Source: Lepidodermella squamata (Eukaryota > Animalia > Gastrotricha). From it: DNA of 64,000 bases. The translations under genes and the position numbers were made by a program. Below are positions 1 through 12,337 of this stretch, in pieces. The notes under the pieces were generated by a model. The model did not search any database and was not told the origin of the DNA. It saw only the letters and a program-made list of their open reading frames with translations. The stretch is taken from assembly GCA_047495785.1 (NCBI GenBank), contig JBLDXI010000025.1, positions 682,001-746,000 of the forward strand, in the 5' to 3' direction. The first letter of the stretch is position 1; the number at the start of each line of letters is the position of its first letter.

Positions 1-1
1 T

Positions 2-499
2 GTAAAGATCAGTGTTGGACTCGCAATTTCGGCAGCAATTGTTTTGGCTGTCCTTCTGGTCTTCTCTGAACCTTTTGCAGTTTCTGCCGATCAGGTCGAT
101 CCCCAAATGACTTTCGGAAAGCGCCAAGTTGAACTCTCGGTGCAGGTTAAATGCAAATTAGACGTTGACACGTTTTCAATGGCTGTCATTGGATTGTTGG
201 CTGGGATTGATTTTGTGGTTATATTGAGGTCAATTTTACTATCCTATCAAATTATTACTATCAGAAAAGCAGGTAGTGTCACTTTGCCATCCCAGCGCAT
301 AAAACGGCTGCCTTCAGAATTGCCGAGAGATTACGTGGCAGTTTTCGCTTACTTTGCTACGCTTCTGGTAGCTTCAATTTTGCTTGTCCTTATGATCGGT
401 CAGTTTGCTGCTTACGTCTTATCAGCGACCTCAATGCTGTTCGCTGTTGCCGTTTCTTACGTTCTGATGCGGAAAGAAAGCCAAGGCAGCGGAATGTGA
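2..499 (+). CDS. 3' end (TM4-TM7) of a GABA-B-like class C GPCR, subfamily B (copy B0); gene starts before the window
   Basis: Frame open from base 2; DPQMTFGKRQVELSVQVKC...IGQFAAYVLSATSMLFA aligns with the C-termini of the ORFs at 33250-34998 and 40594-42387. Confidence 0.85.
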   Translation, partial: VKISVGLAISAAIVLAVLLVFSEPFAVSADQVDPQMTFGKRQVELSVQVKCKLDVDTFSMAVIGLLAGIDFVVILRSILLSYQIITIRKAGSVTLPSQRIKRLPSELPRDYVAVFAYFATLLVASILLVLMIGQFAAYVLSATSMLFAVAVSYVLMRKESQGSGM

Positions 500-1177
500 G
501 CATCTAGTCGCCAATGTGTTATTTCGTTCTGATTACTCTCCATATCGTACTATATCGTCAATGAATATGTTGTTCATCTGATAATTTACAATCACCTGTT
601 TCTGCTGACATTGCAGACTAAGATCAAGTCTAGAATGAACTCCGTGCGCTTTCTGCAGGAAAAACACTTGCATTTTGAGAAGAAAACATCATAATTGCGA
701 GAGCCTGGGTTACACGGTAAATCACTCATATCATTCTGAGGTGGCAAATGTGTACTTATTGAATCAATTAAGCGTTTCCAATCTTTAATTCTACCTTCGC
801 TACATAGCTAGATTGGTTATAGATAAAATTCTTGGTAATGGTAATGTAATCATTTAACTCCGAACCTTTTCGTTTTTAGTTCTTGAAGCTTTTTCTTAAG
901 AGTCGTGAAAGTTGTAACTTTAAATTATTTATCATCTGATACCGCAAATATTCAGCCGCAAGTCATATATTACCAAGAAAGAAAGAATTTGTTTAAGAGA
1001 CAATTGAAAGCATTGTTTGTCTGTCCAAAATTCAAGAAATAAAAGAAAAGCAATAGAACCAGAAACAGTGATCAACAACGGATGGACAATGGTTTTACAG
1101 CTTTAAGCTTGCAGTAAAATTAAGATGAGGATATTCTTATACTGTAATTTGCTGTCACCCGCCGAAATAGCGTGCCT

Positions 1178-1890
1178 TCACCTTGATCGCAGGCACGTAG
1201 TCGTCATAGCGCATATTACAATCGTCAAACCACTCACAGCGAGCTCAATTTGAGTGGGATGTCTTGCGAAGAAGGATCATACGATGCCAATCAGCCATAT
1301 TCCGTAGCCCAGGAACCGAATCAAACCGAAAGATTTGTCAACTTGAGGCGTGATTCGGTGAAGGTTGTTGGCGAAAAGTGTTGCACGAAGCGCAACTGCG
1401 AGATTTACGGAAAAAATAGCGATCGGAATACCCGAATCGGTGCCCTCAACACTGCCGCCCGTGAAATGTGAAATATAGGACTGAAACTTAAGATTATTGT
1501 CAAACTTTGAACGTTCTAGACGAGAAGTTGAAGTTCCTCGTGGTTATTGGCCAGAAACCAATCCAGAATAATAAAGTATGATTGAGACGATATCGAGCTT
1601 CAGAATCTCGAGGCAAGAAACAGACCGGAGTAACAGCTTTTTCTATCGAAAGAATGGACAGTTTTACTAGTAATTTCCTAACCATACCTCTGAGTACTTT
1701 ACCATCAAAGGCGGCCAGAGTGCTTTACAAGAACCCAAGACAAATTCCGGGTGATCGCCGTTCGGAGAAGAGACGTGATAAGCTATTGGAGTGGCACTTC
1801 GCTGTTCGCAATGGTCAAAGACTGTAAGTGAAGATCACTGCTGTCACAACACTTTTTCCGAATTCTCCCTGCTTTGAAACTGTGCAGCGA
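1178..1890 (-). pseudogene. Decayed TM-region relic of a subfamily C GPCR
   Basis: Manual translation gives LLFWIGFWPI...(frameshift ~1525)...RLERSKFDNNLKFQSYISHFT...IPIAIFSVNLAVALRA...DKSFGLIRFLG...GIV*SFF...AVSGLTIV, collinear with RLEQASYDRSLKFQYFVGNCTF...SWLFF of the 44456/47587 proteins; stops and frameshifts present. Confidence 0.7.
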
Positions 1891-2039
1891 CACAATGACG
1901 ATAATCACCTCGTCTAGCGGTTGGCCTACGGCACTTCATGAGTATGAATTTTTGGAACTAAATCTATAGATTGACGAGTAGAGACCAATAGGTTAAAGGT
2001 TGAAGCGTGAGTTTTATTCAAGATAGTGGGCACGTCCAA

Positions 2040-4943
2040 TTATTTATTAGATGGCTGAGTGTTTGAGCTAGGATTGCCCATGCATGCAGCCGAGTCCAGT
2101 TTTTCAACCTTAACAGTGAGGGGTAGCAACAAAATCAAGCTCATCAACGCAGAATAGACGAGTTCGATGAAAGCCAACACTGCATTTAGCATGCACGGCT
2201 TGTTAGCCGAGGCGACCAAAACAAGCACGACCACCCCGGCAGCGAGCATCGTTAGCGCGTTCACTGCAGCTGCTCTGATTAGCTTGCAGCTGAGCGCAAA
2301 TTCATTAGGCATAACACGCCGCCGGAGATCAACTGAGAACAAATTTGCCAGTGAGATCAACCCGAAATTGTAGGCGAGAACAGCGCCTAGCCAGTAGGTC
2401 AGATTCCCAGAGCTGCAGGACATAACATCTAGCTCGAAATAGGTATCAGCTGCCTCGTCGAAAGCAACAGGGTTTTTGAAGAGAACAAGCTGCATTGGCT
2501 CTTTGATGATCCAAAGAAGCAGGCCGATGACATTGACACCCAGAGCCACACTCATCGACTGAGACATTTGCAGCTCGTTTCGATACCTATCACTGTAGAG
2601 GGTTGAAACCCGACTTTGAATTATAATACCCTGTGTTTCGTATGATTGCGAACTCGGTCGAACCCGGTAAGATCGCTTCCATCTTGCGAGATGGTTGATG
2701 TAACGAATAGCCCGGTTATTCACACGATAGGTCCTCGCACGGACAAATTTGCTGTAGACGAAAATTTGACTGAAAAGCAGGCTGTGAAACATGCTCAAAC
2801 TTATTGATATCAAAACTATCCTCCATCTGCATTCTGTTTCAGGGGAATAATCGTGTCCAAATATTAGGAAAATCGCGGATCCATTCAAGCCTAAACAGGC
2901 GAAGAAGACATAGTATTTCTTCCAATTTGTATAGAACGTCTCCGGTTTCGCTCGTGCTGTTGCCGTCAGAAGAAGAACTTGCATCATTGTCACGGATACA
3001 GCCAGGCAGGCAACAATTCCACTCATTATTCTGCCGCAGTAACCTATCCTTAGTTCAATGTTTGAAAGATCTCTTGGAGGAAGTCCCGTTTTCGTAGCCC
3101 ATATTGGTTCAGCGTCCAGTTGGTATGAAAACGACCGCTTCTCGTGGTTGTACGGCAGATGCGCCACGCGACGAGCTTGAAACCTGTACGCTTGCATTAT
3201 CGTAAGGTCTTGATACATTTCCCCATTTTCATCTCGCTTGATTCTAGGATTTCGAAATCCAACTGCATCGAGCTCCGCGGTGGTCCGATTCGCAACATTG
3301 TAAATCAGAGCCTTGTATTTCGGATCCTTGAAGTCAGTCAATGAGAGGTTGTAACTTTGCTTGAGGATAGCCTCGGTTTTGTTCAAGGCTAGCAAAGCCA
3401 GCATATGAGCATCATGGCCACCGTGTAGAATACTATCAGAGGTAACTTTCTTTCCGAAAATCTTTTCCTCATTTGCTATTGCCATTCTAAGGTAGTCAGC
3501 TGGGCTCATTCCCAGACTCGACGTCCCTGAATTTTCAAAAGAACGGACGGGAATACCTACAACAAAAAGCGCTGATAGTTGGACGTCGACGATCTGCCTC
3601 GTACAACCATCCGATATGTAGACATCTCGATCCAGGTTCCACGTCAGACAAGCTGGAATAGATGCGATGAAATGATACAGCGGTGGCCTTATTCCATTGT
3701 GGTAAGCTTTACATAAGAGAATCTGGCATTCCCAAGCGCCATATGGGAAAATTAGGACGATCCTGACCTTTTGCAGAGGTAGGAGATCATCGTCATCCGT
3801 ATCACCGAACCAGTAAGACCCAACAGGTTCGCTGACCTCGATGTTGTTTGCTGTCAAGATTTTGTATGTCTCTGTGGCTAGCATTGGAACGTCGCGAAGC
3901 CACCATGAGTAGATCATACCAACACGCTTCCATCCACCGAGGCTTCTTATAGCCTCCAAGAATGCATATTTGTAAGTGCTGACAGATCCCAGGACAGTGT
4001 AGAGGTTGTTGAAGAACACACGTCGCCTCGATTCGATATATGGTCCGGCGCAGCTTTGCGAGGTCTATACACGTGTTTCAAATTATTATTCAATTTCGAT
4101 AAGAAGAGGAAAGCAAACTCAAGATTTAAATTGTTTTAATAGAATCATATTATAACAATGACGCCAAATTTCAAATTTCAGCAGTTCAACAATTTCTTGA
4201 TAATTACAAATATATCATTTCTAAGTCAAATTCTGAAATATTTACAAGCATCCATTGAAACTTGCAACTGGAGCAAATAATTTCCCAAGGGTGGTTATTT
4301 TGTTCTTCAACACAGGTTCAATACAGGCGGCACTATCGAATAATAATTTTCCAACTTCCAAGTCTACAATTTCGCATAGTACATTTGCATATATATAGTA
4401 GGTGATTAGTTCGGACTTCCAAGCTTTTTAACGCATTTACAGATATAATTCTGATAGTCCGTTATTGTCAGTTTTGATTAAAATCTGCGAGTCTCTTCAA
4501 TGGCATAATTTTGTTTATATGCATTCAGAGGGATACGATGGCCCTCAAGAAGATCCTACATGTTAATATATTTTAAGAGACCATAGCAACATATATAAGG
4601 TAGGGATAATTATAATCCTTACCATAACCATTTTCATGCCACGATACGTGCCTGCCGACGTGTCGCAATCACCGTCAGGTCCCACCAAAACGGGTGCCAA
4701 GTAGGTTCCCTCCGGCAGTTCCATCTCGAATAGCTCCCTAGCACGCACGTTGCTCGCGTCTTCTAATCCTCCATAATCCATGGCATACGGAACGATTTCA
4801 TAGTCTACCAGCAGGTTCGATGTGTTTTGTGAATACTCAGCTAGAACATAAGCGCTTGTTGGGTCCGCGACCGGCCACAGTAGCTTCGGCTTGGCTGCAT
4901 AGTTAACAGAGATTATTACGAATAGAAGGAGAAGACTTGTCAT
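2040..4943 (-). CDS. GABA-B-like class C GPCR, subfamily A copy A1 (exons 4943-4623, 4064-2040; ~781 aa)
   Basis: Signal peptide MTSLLLLFVIISV; GTAAG donor at 4622 and TAG acceptor at 4065 join in frame; VFT-like ectodomain, IW-x4-G-x-PPRD linker, seven hydrophobic segments, TM3 Cys and ECL2 Cys. Confidence 0.85.
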
Positions 4944-5606
4944 GATCTCGAGACACAATTCTTAGGTTTCTGCGGAGTAGAACTCACTGTTATAATGCTC
5001 GTAATCACAGCTGAGGAATGATCTAGCTAGTTAAAGCGTGGCTGAACGTGATTTCAGTCGAATATCATGAGAATCCAGCATAGCGAAGAGCGAACAGCTT
5101 TTTTTGGTTCTATAGTTTAGTTGTTAGAGTCCACTGCGCAGCATGCCTTCCCACCCCGTATACCCCTCCCATTCTTAAGGGCGCTCAGTGCACAAGAAGA
5201 TCCGTCGATGCGAATTCGAGTTTTTCGGGTTTATTACAAAATAAGCTAAAGCAAATACATTTCGCTAACATCCGCTGGACAACTCGGCTTCAGGCTTGTT
5301 AAGGAGGTCATTTCAAGCTACAGCCAATACTAGGTCGGACAATTCACCACGGAATACATTTTTACCGACAGATATACTCGTAAACAAGCCTAAATCCGAG
5401 TATTCAACGGCACAAACAGTATAACCTTACCGAAAAGTACTTCATAGCACTTGTTAACCGTGGAGCATTCAGAATCCGAGTTGACTGCAGCCCGTTTACC
5501 ATTTCCAAATTTGGGTGAATGTTGCTGTAGTTTTGAGACCATCGCTGAAATATCCCATTGCATTTTATGTCGAAATCTCCTATTGTCCTATCCTTCTTTG
5601 TAATCT

Positions 5607-5752
5607 GAGACGTGGCAAGCGATTTCGGCCCTATCTCTATCTTCGCAGTCATTTGAAATTTGGGTGATGTGCAATAATGATTGTGCGTCAGCTGTTACTT
5701 TTTCAATTGCATGTGAAGATAGAGATAGGGCCGAAATCGCCTGCCACGTCTC
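5607..5752. mobile_element. 146 bp MITE, Sola2-like termini
   Basis: ~38 bp TIR GAGACGTGGC...GCCACGTCTC, 4 bp direct repeat ATCT on both flanks. Confidence 0.65.
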
Positions 5753-5818
5753 ATCTGTCCTGCAATTATCTGTTTCATTTTCAATTTTTCCACTGTCAAA
5801 ACAGCCATCTCTTGGGGC

Positions 5819-6188
5819 GGTTCTATGTCAATTGAGCAAACGAAAACTGAGCAACGAAAATTGAGCAAGGGCTATTGAGCATCGAAATAAGAGCAAACGA
5901 AATTAGAGCAAACGAATTTGGAGCAAAACGACTTTTGGGCAAAATGAGATTAGCGCAAAACGACACCAGAGCAAATTTAATAATTAATTTTAGCTCTTAT
6001 TTATTGTAAACACAATTTGCTCTGGTGTCATTTTGCGCTAATCTCATTCTGTCCAAAAGTCATTTTGCTCAAAATTCGTTTGCTCTAATTTCGTTTTGCT
6101 CTAATTTCGTTTGCTCTTATTTCGTTGCTCAAAAGCCCTTGCTCAATTTTCGTTCCTCAGTTTTCGTTTGCTCAATTGACATAGAACC
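5819..6188. mobile_element. Foldback-type MITE with ~15 bp internal subrepeats, 8 bp TSD
   Basis: GGTTCTATGTCAATTGAGC...GCTCAATTGACATAGAACC long inverted arms built of GAGCAAACGAAATT-like units; perfect TSD CTTGGGGC at 5811-5818 and 6189-6196. Confidence 0.9.
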
Positions 6189-7530
6189 CTTGGGGCTTAC
6201 AGCTTCGAAATACATAAATAAGTAAATATCGGATTAGAACACGATTTGATGTGGGTGATCAAGATAGGTAGCTTGCTACCGGATGGGGATGACAACTGAT
6301 GGCATTATCGAATAATCACGTTGCTAGGTAGAATCAGGTATCGTTGTGACGCGCTGAAATAGCAAGGGACATAAGTCATGAGTCATTTTTAACAATTAAT
6401 TGTATACATTACCTTCCCTTAATCGGAAGCTGTCATTAAACTTCTTCATAAGTAGGCCACGCGCGAGCGAAGCTGACGGTTTTCTTTCGATTTTGGATCT
6501 GAAATGGTCCAAAATTCCTCGTTTCTTAGTGTGGAGCTATTTTTGTCATTTTTCATTTAGAGGCCCGTGGGACACCAGTAAAAGTTCGCATAGTAAGACA
6601 GCAGAATCGTGATCTACGTGGTCGATTTACTCGATTTATTTTTTTTTCAGGCCAAAATCGTGAGTTATGCATATCGGGGCAGGAAAAAAATCAAGTTATG
6701 CATCAAAAGGGCACAGCCTCGATCGTCGGCAACGCGGAAAAACAACACTTGTGAAGTACCGTAGGTAGTTTCATTAGAAGCCAGTACTGGGTATAGAAAA
6801 CGGCATTTTTTTCTCATACCGTAATTCCGTGCGCCGCTGTACTTGTATTAGTCGAAACGGTTACTGTGTATGCCATTAGCGACGGTGTTCACGACACGGC
6901 TGCATACCCCTTTGGAAACGCCATCGATGGTAACAGCGAACACCGCTTAGGTAATCATATCAAACGCGCTTGTTGTAAACGCATAGACAACACTGTAACA
7001 GATAAGACGCAAACGATCTTTCCATAGTGAATTTATTCGAGCTGTTATTGCAAAGAGTGCGGCACGCGACCTTTTTTTAAGCCAGCCATCGCGCCATCCG
7101 CCCATTATAATTTTAATTAATTTCTCAATTCAACCGGCAAAATACTCATTTTTCAAAAATTGTTATTTTTAGCAATAAAATATAACTTTGCATCCCGCAC
7201 CAGTGCGGGACGTGCGGGATGAACTGCGGGATGTATCCCGCACATGCTGCGGGACGTCCCGCACTACATCCCGCAAGTGTCCAGCAGCTTTCCGCCCAAG
7301 TGCGGATGGCCTGCGGGATGAAGTGCGGGATGAAGTGCGGGATGAAGTGCGGGATGAAGTCTTGACTAATCCGCGAGTTCGAGGCGCGAGTTAACAGCCG
7401 CGAGTTTTTCAGTGAGGTTCCCGCTGAAACCTAAAACTCGCCCGATTCAGATGTAAGGTGTAAAATAGTTTTCAATTAAATCACGAATCTCACTACTAAC
7501 TACTACCAACTACTCCAGTTGAATTATTTA

Positions 7531-8337
7531 ATGGATGGAAGCGTTGTCGTTAAAATGCCCGGCAATGCAGGCCATCGATACTTCCGGTTGCCTGATCACG
7601 AGGATATTACCTTCGCTCAGCTGAAATCAAGCTTGTCCGCGGCATTTGGTCTCGCTAATTCATTTCAGATTTTTTACCAGTTCAGCAGCATGAGTATCCT
7701 GATCTCAAATGACAATGATGTCAAGACTATGTTCGCTATGCAACGTTCCGGCGCTCCAAGCACTTGCATTATTGAACTTTTATGCTCCAGGGCAGATTCT
7801 TTGAAAAGAAAACACGCATTTGATCCTCGCTCTAACACAAAGAAACGCCGCCGCGATTTACTGGTAGACTTTGATGACGATGCTGCGGAAAGAGAAGAAG
7901 AATCTTCAGGCAGGTTTGCCTTGCGCTACCCATTTTTTAATTCGATGATTAGTGCTCTCGTTTCAGTGATATTGCCGAGCCGCATCGTGTATCGCCGGAA
8001 AGACCGCGTTGCATAGAATCGTCTCGCCCTATACTGTAATAATCATTTGAAGTTCTTTGGTTCTTGCATTCTAAGGATTATTTTAACAATAGCAAAGCTC
8101 ATCGATCGTCAAGTCGTGCAGTTGTGGCACCTTCTTCGCCCGTTGCCGTCAATCGCGATACCCATCATCACTCAAAACAATGCTGCGGGGCATCATTGGC
8201 TCTGGATAATTCATGTGTTGTTCCATCGGTGCCAGCATCCAACGGAATTTTCCCGCCTTGTTTCCCAACCACGGTCTCGCACCATTCACCCAAGCTTATC
8301 TAAATTAACCCTCGGCTACCGCAAGTGATCCATTCAG
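7531..8337 (+). pseudogene. Transposon cargo ORF with N-terminal PB1-like domain; spliced, decayed
   Basis: VVVKMPGNAGHRYFRLP..ITFAQLKSSLSAAFGL...FQIFY...ILISNDNDVKTMF fits the PB1 (ubiquitin-like) pattern; probable short introns near 7911-7967 and 8036-8075; in-frame stop at 8303. Confidence 0.55.
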
Positions 8338-8363
8338 GTATAGCCTTAGTTGGAACGATTTTC

Positions 8364-10556
8364 CCCAGTCGGGCGGTTTTAGGGCTACGGTAGGCCTATG
8401 GCAATTTTCTCCATGGGCCTACTGTAGGTCCAACATTTCCCGTGCCGTAGCCCAATGCAAATAGGGCCAAGGTAATTCGGGCTACGATAGGCCTATGGGG
8501 AGATCTAAGCATGAAATTACCCTCGAAAGCCGTCCCACGCGAAACTACCTTCGACTTTCGAAACAAACAATTTATTGGCTTAGACTGTCGTTTTATTTCG
8601 AAAATAGTCATCCTTTTCACGCATTAAGATTTTCGAGTAAATATACGAGTAAGAGAGGTATTAAATACTCCAGCCCATAGATGATGGTATCAAACAGTAG
8701 AGATACGCGACTTGAGTCGATAGAGCGGAACTGCGTTCCTAGTGCAGCCGTTTGATTCCTTCTTCGCCCATTCGCCATTGTTGTTTGCAGTCATGTTTCT
8801 CACCCAGCCGCTGTCGAGCGAAATTTTGCCATCCGCTAATTGCAGGCAGTTGAGCACGGTCACTCCATGCATTTTGCCTGTTAGCTGTGGAACCACCAAT
8901 CTAAATCTGGAGAAATTGGATGAAATTGGATGAAAGCGTCGAAATAAAGCCTGCTGACTAACCGTTTCAGCATTTACAGCTTTAATCGAAGCCGCGGCTG
9001 CAATTTCTTAGCCATAGCCACGCATTTCGATTTGAGACCGGTGCGACGAGAGCTTCGAATTTTCGATAACTATCAAAGAAAATGAAATGATCAGAAGTTG
9101 TAAACATACGACAGCTCATCATACTTTTCACAATCAAATCTTCGCCCAATACGTTTTCTTCGGTCCAGCCATCTTGTCCGGAGGTGGTACAGCGGATCAG
9201 GAGTTAGACTTAGCGAGTCAGAGGTTCGATTCAGCAGTACCATAGCATTCCTCCTTCTCCAAGTGAAATTTGACGGTTTCAAGCGTGTTCTTCACCCTCG
9301 ACATTAAAACAATTGCAAGAAATCGCGGAAAAAAGAACAGCACCGCTGAAAAAACGCTGATTGAATGAGAAACTTGAAACTTGGAGAAAAAACTGAAACT
9401 AAAACTTTAAGGGGGATATTTTAATTTTTTTTTCAAATTATTAAATCACGTTAAATTTCAAAACGCCTGCATTTGATGCTTGATTGCCAGTGCGCCAATT
9501 AGGATTCGAAATTATGAATTTTTGATTCAAAAACCTTTTGGAAGACTGGTAAGTGAACAACGTTGAAATGTCACGCTCAGCTTCTCTCAATCAACATTCT
9601 TGCATCCCGCGATCATGGCGCAGATTCTACTGCTATTTCCACCGATCACGTAGTCGTATTCGATCGGCCTAAAATTACATCCGGACACCGTGCCAAATAT
9701 CCTAATATTCAAACACTACCCAATCGTTTTAAAAGAAAACCACGCTTTGCTTCGTTCGATTTCGGATCATCAAGTCGAACCTGCCTTGGTTTCGTTTTTA
9801 TTAATCACGAAATTCAGCAAGACTCCGTTTATCAGCAACCCCAGCGAATATCAAATAATGTTACTTTTATTCTTTCGACTCACTAACAATTTTCATGATG
9901 TTACGACTTCAGTTTTTCTTGAGGATTTTGGATATTCAAATTTCAGACCTCTAACATGCTCCCGTCCGCCTTAAAACACGGAAAACCCCATGACGCAACC
10001 CTGATGAATATCAACCTATTTTTTATACCGATTGACTTCTCGTCCATTTATCTTGAATGCGGCATCAAAATCTTACAATGTCAAAATTTTCGACAAACCC
10101 CACTTTTCAATTATTTTCGGTCAAGTATAAATGTTTAGTGAGTGATATTTGCCGAATTTTCGAAATTCTGGTCTTTCTGTCTTTCTTTCGCAAATTTTCG
10201 CGATTCAAATATGGTAGGTCTACGCTATCCCGAAATAGGTAGGCCTAAGTCAGTAGCCCCATGCTAGCCCTTGGTCTTGGCCCTTCCACAGTAGCCCTAG
10301 CGTAGGCTTAGCGACTTTCCACGGTGTTTATTTATTTATTTATTTCAAAGCTATGACACCCAGAGAGGGCAGCTCGACAAAGTTAAGTTTGAAAGGAAAC
10401 AGATAATTGCAGGACAGTTACAAAAGGATAGGACAATTGGAGATGACATAAATTTGAGTCAACGATAAGGTAGTGTAGGTAAAACACGCCATAGCCCTAG
10501 CTAAGGCCTATCGTAGGCCTATGACCCCAACGTAGCCCTAAACCCGCACGACTGGG
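8364..10556. mobile_element. Nested 2.2 kb non-autonomous CACTA/EnSpm-type element
   Basis: Termini CCCAGTCGGGCGGTTTTAGGGCTACG / CGTAGCCCTAAACCCGCACGACTGGG, 2 bp TSD TC, subterminal TAGGCCTA/TAGCCC repeats at both ends. Confidence 0.85.
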
Positions 10557-10594
10557 TCTTGATTACTCCTTGCAGACTTTTTGTTTCAGCGAAA

Positions 10595-12337
10595 ATGGCG
10601 TCATCTCGCAGAGGACCTAAAAAGGGTTCTGAATACACAGAACACGAGCTTTCAGCTCTTCGAATCATTTCGTGGCACATCGTCAACAAAGGCCTCCCGC
10701 CGACTGTTACTTCCATCTCTACAGCAATCAAAGATCTGAATATAGACTACAACTCTACATTTGGCTCTCTTGAAGAAAAAAATCTTTTGGAAAAAATTAT
10801 CAAACTAGGATCTAGTGGCAATGCGTGACTTTTTTCCGCATTCTTCATTTTTTTCTCCCGCATGGCGGAGAAAATCTCTCTTGCGGCTGGAGAAAATTCA
10901 GATCTTTGATTGCTATGAGCCTGATGAAGGTTGTTAACATTTTTTCATCCAAAATGTTTTCATAGCTGTTAGAAAATCTTCATTTAAACGCCATTTAAAC
11001 GCTATCTTTCCCCCATAGAATGCCTAAGGCTTTAATCGAAATTCCTGAATTAATTGCCAATCAGGTGAATTGCGCAGGCTTTCGCGACATTGCTGAGCGA
11101 TTTCAGCTAGATGGCGTTGATATTGCTGGTAACACGCTTGTCCTATCCGGTCAACCTGTGCGGCTTGCGAAGGCCAAGGAGATGGCGCAAATCCGACTCG
11201 TCGTTATGTAACACGCAGCAGCTTCCATTAAGAAGGCTGTGTTCGAATATCGCTATGTCGTAACAGACGAATTAAAGGCGGAAGTGGAGGAGCTCTCCGA
11301 GCCCAAGATTGTGACTGTTGCAATCGACAAGCGCGGCATTGAGTTGACTGGACAATGCGCTGATGTGAATGCTGTCTCGGAAACAGTCGATTTTTTGCTG
11401 GAGTCATGGCAACACCAGTTCAGTGATTCGGGAACGTCAAAAAATTTGTCCGACTACCAGCGTTGACTGGTAATCAAAGAACTCGCGATGAGCTGGGCCG
11501 CTTTGCTGGGAACGGCAGATCACGCCCCAGGCAGAGGCATATATGTATGTTTTGTCGTAATGACTACACAGCGGAGATTTTCGTCGAGAGACATTGCACC
11601 AAGGCGAAGGAGCTGGGCAAGAGCAACGAGGAGTTAAAGAAAGCAGTAGATGACTACTACGCAATTTTGAAGGTATTTTTGTGGAAGCTGCTTTTTTGCT
11701 CTATCTTTTCATATTGATGTAGACATCAGGACGATCTGATACACGATCTGATACTGAGTCGATCACGGGCGATGCCTCGACGATTTCGACGTCAGTGGTC
11801 TCTGTGGTTTCTGTGTCATCCGCTACTACCTCGACAACTTCCATCGCCTCTTCAATTACTATTAATCATTTGGCACAGCTAATCCACAGATATGTTCGAT
11901 TTTCCGAATATTCTCGATTTAGTGGGAAGAATTTCGCTCACAAGGACGTTACAAAAAAGGCGAAGAAATCTTCAACTGATCAACTGATCGACAACGAAGC
12001 AGTGGATCGAATTCTTGACGTGATTGTTGCATTCAAGGTGCAGGATTGCAGCAAATACAAGTATGTGCAGGCCATTATCGATCTGCTTGGGTATTATGTC
12101 AACGAAGAAGCTTCTGTCGAAGAGACGCTGCTTGTCGAAAAGGCGATCGACCGGTGGGATAAGGCTCGCGAAGCCCTTCAGCATGGCCTAGTCAAGGAGC
12201 GAGCCGTCAAGCGAAAACTCGATGAAGACTCGTACGAGAAAGGGCTTTTCCCGAGTATCGGAGAGATCTCCGAGTTTTCTCGCTACGAGGCAATGCAACT
12301 CAGCGATTTTTCGCGTCGTCCGACCCGTGCGGGATAG
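10595..12337 (+). pseudogene. Transposon cargo gene: two KH-like repeats, CxxC...HC motif, Ser/Thr tract, BEN-like domain; decayed
   Basis: ORFs 11020 and 11239 are one frame split by TAA at 11209; intron 11672-11722 joins in frame to ORF 11795; QLIHRYVRFSEYSRFSG...LIDNEAVDRILDVI resembles BEN domains. Confidence 0.45.

Noticed and set aside
2167-2373. Recurrent antisense ORF also at 19403 and 25063 (similarly 34494, 41889, 44361, 47603, 54357)
   Set aside because: Shadows of hydrophobic TM-coding sequence on the opposite strand; conserved only because the GPCRs are paralogous
7188-7394. ORF of RDEV repeats and CRISPR-like look of the GCGGGATGAA arrays (also ORFs 12188-12487 and 12300-12611)
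   Set aside because: These are transposon subterminal repeats with no unique spacers and no cas genes; the ORFs are by-products of the repeats
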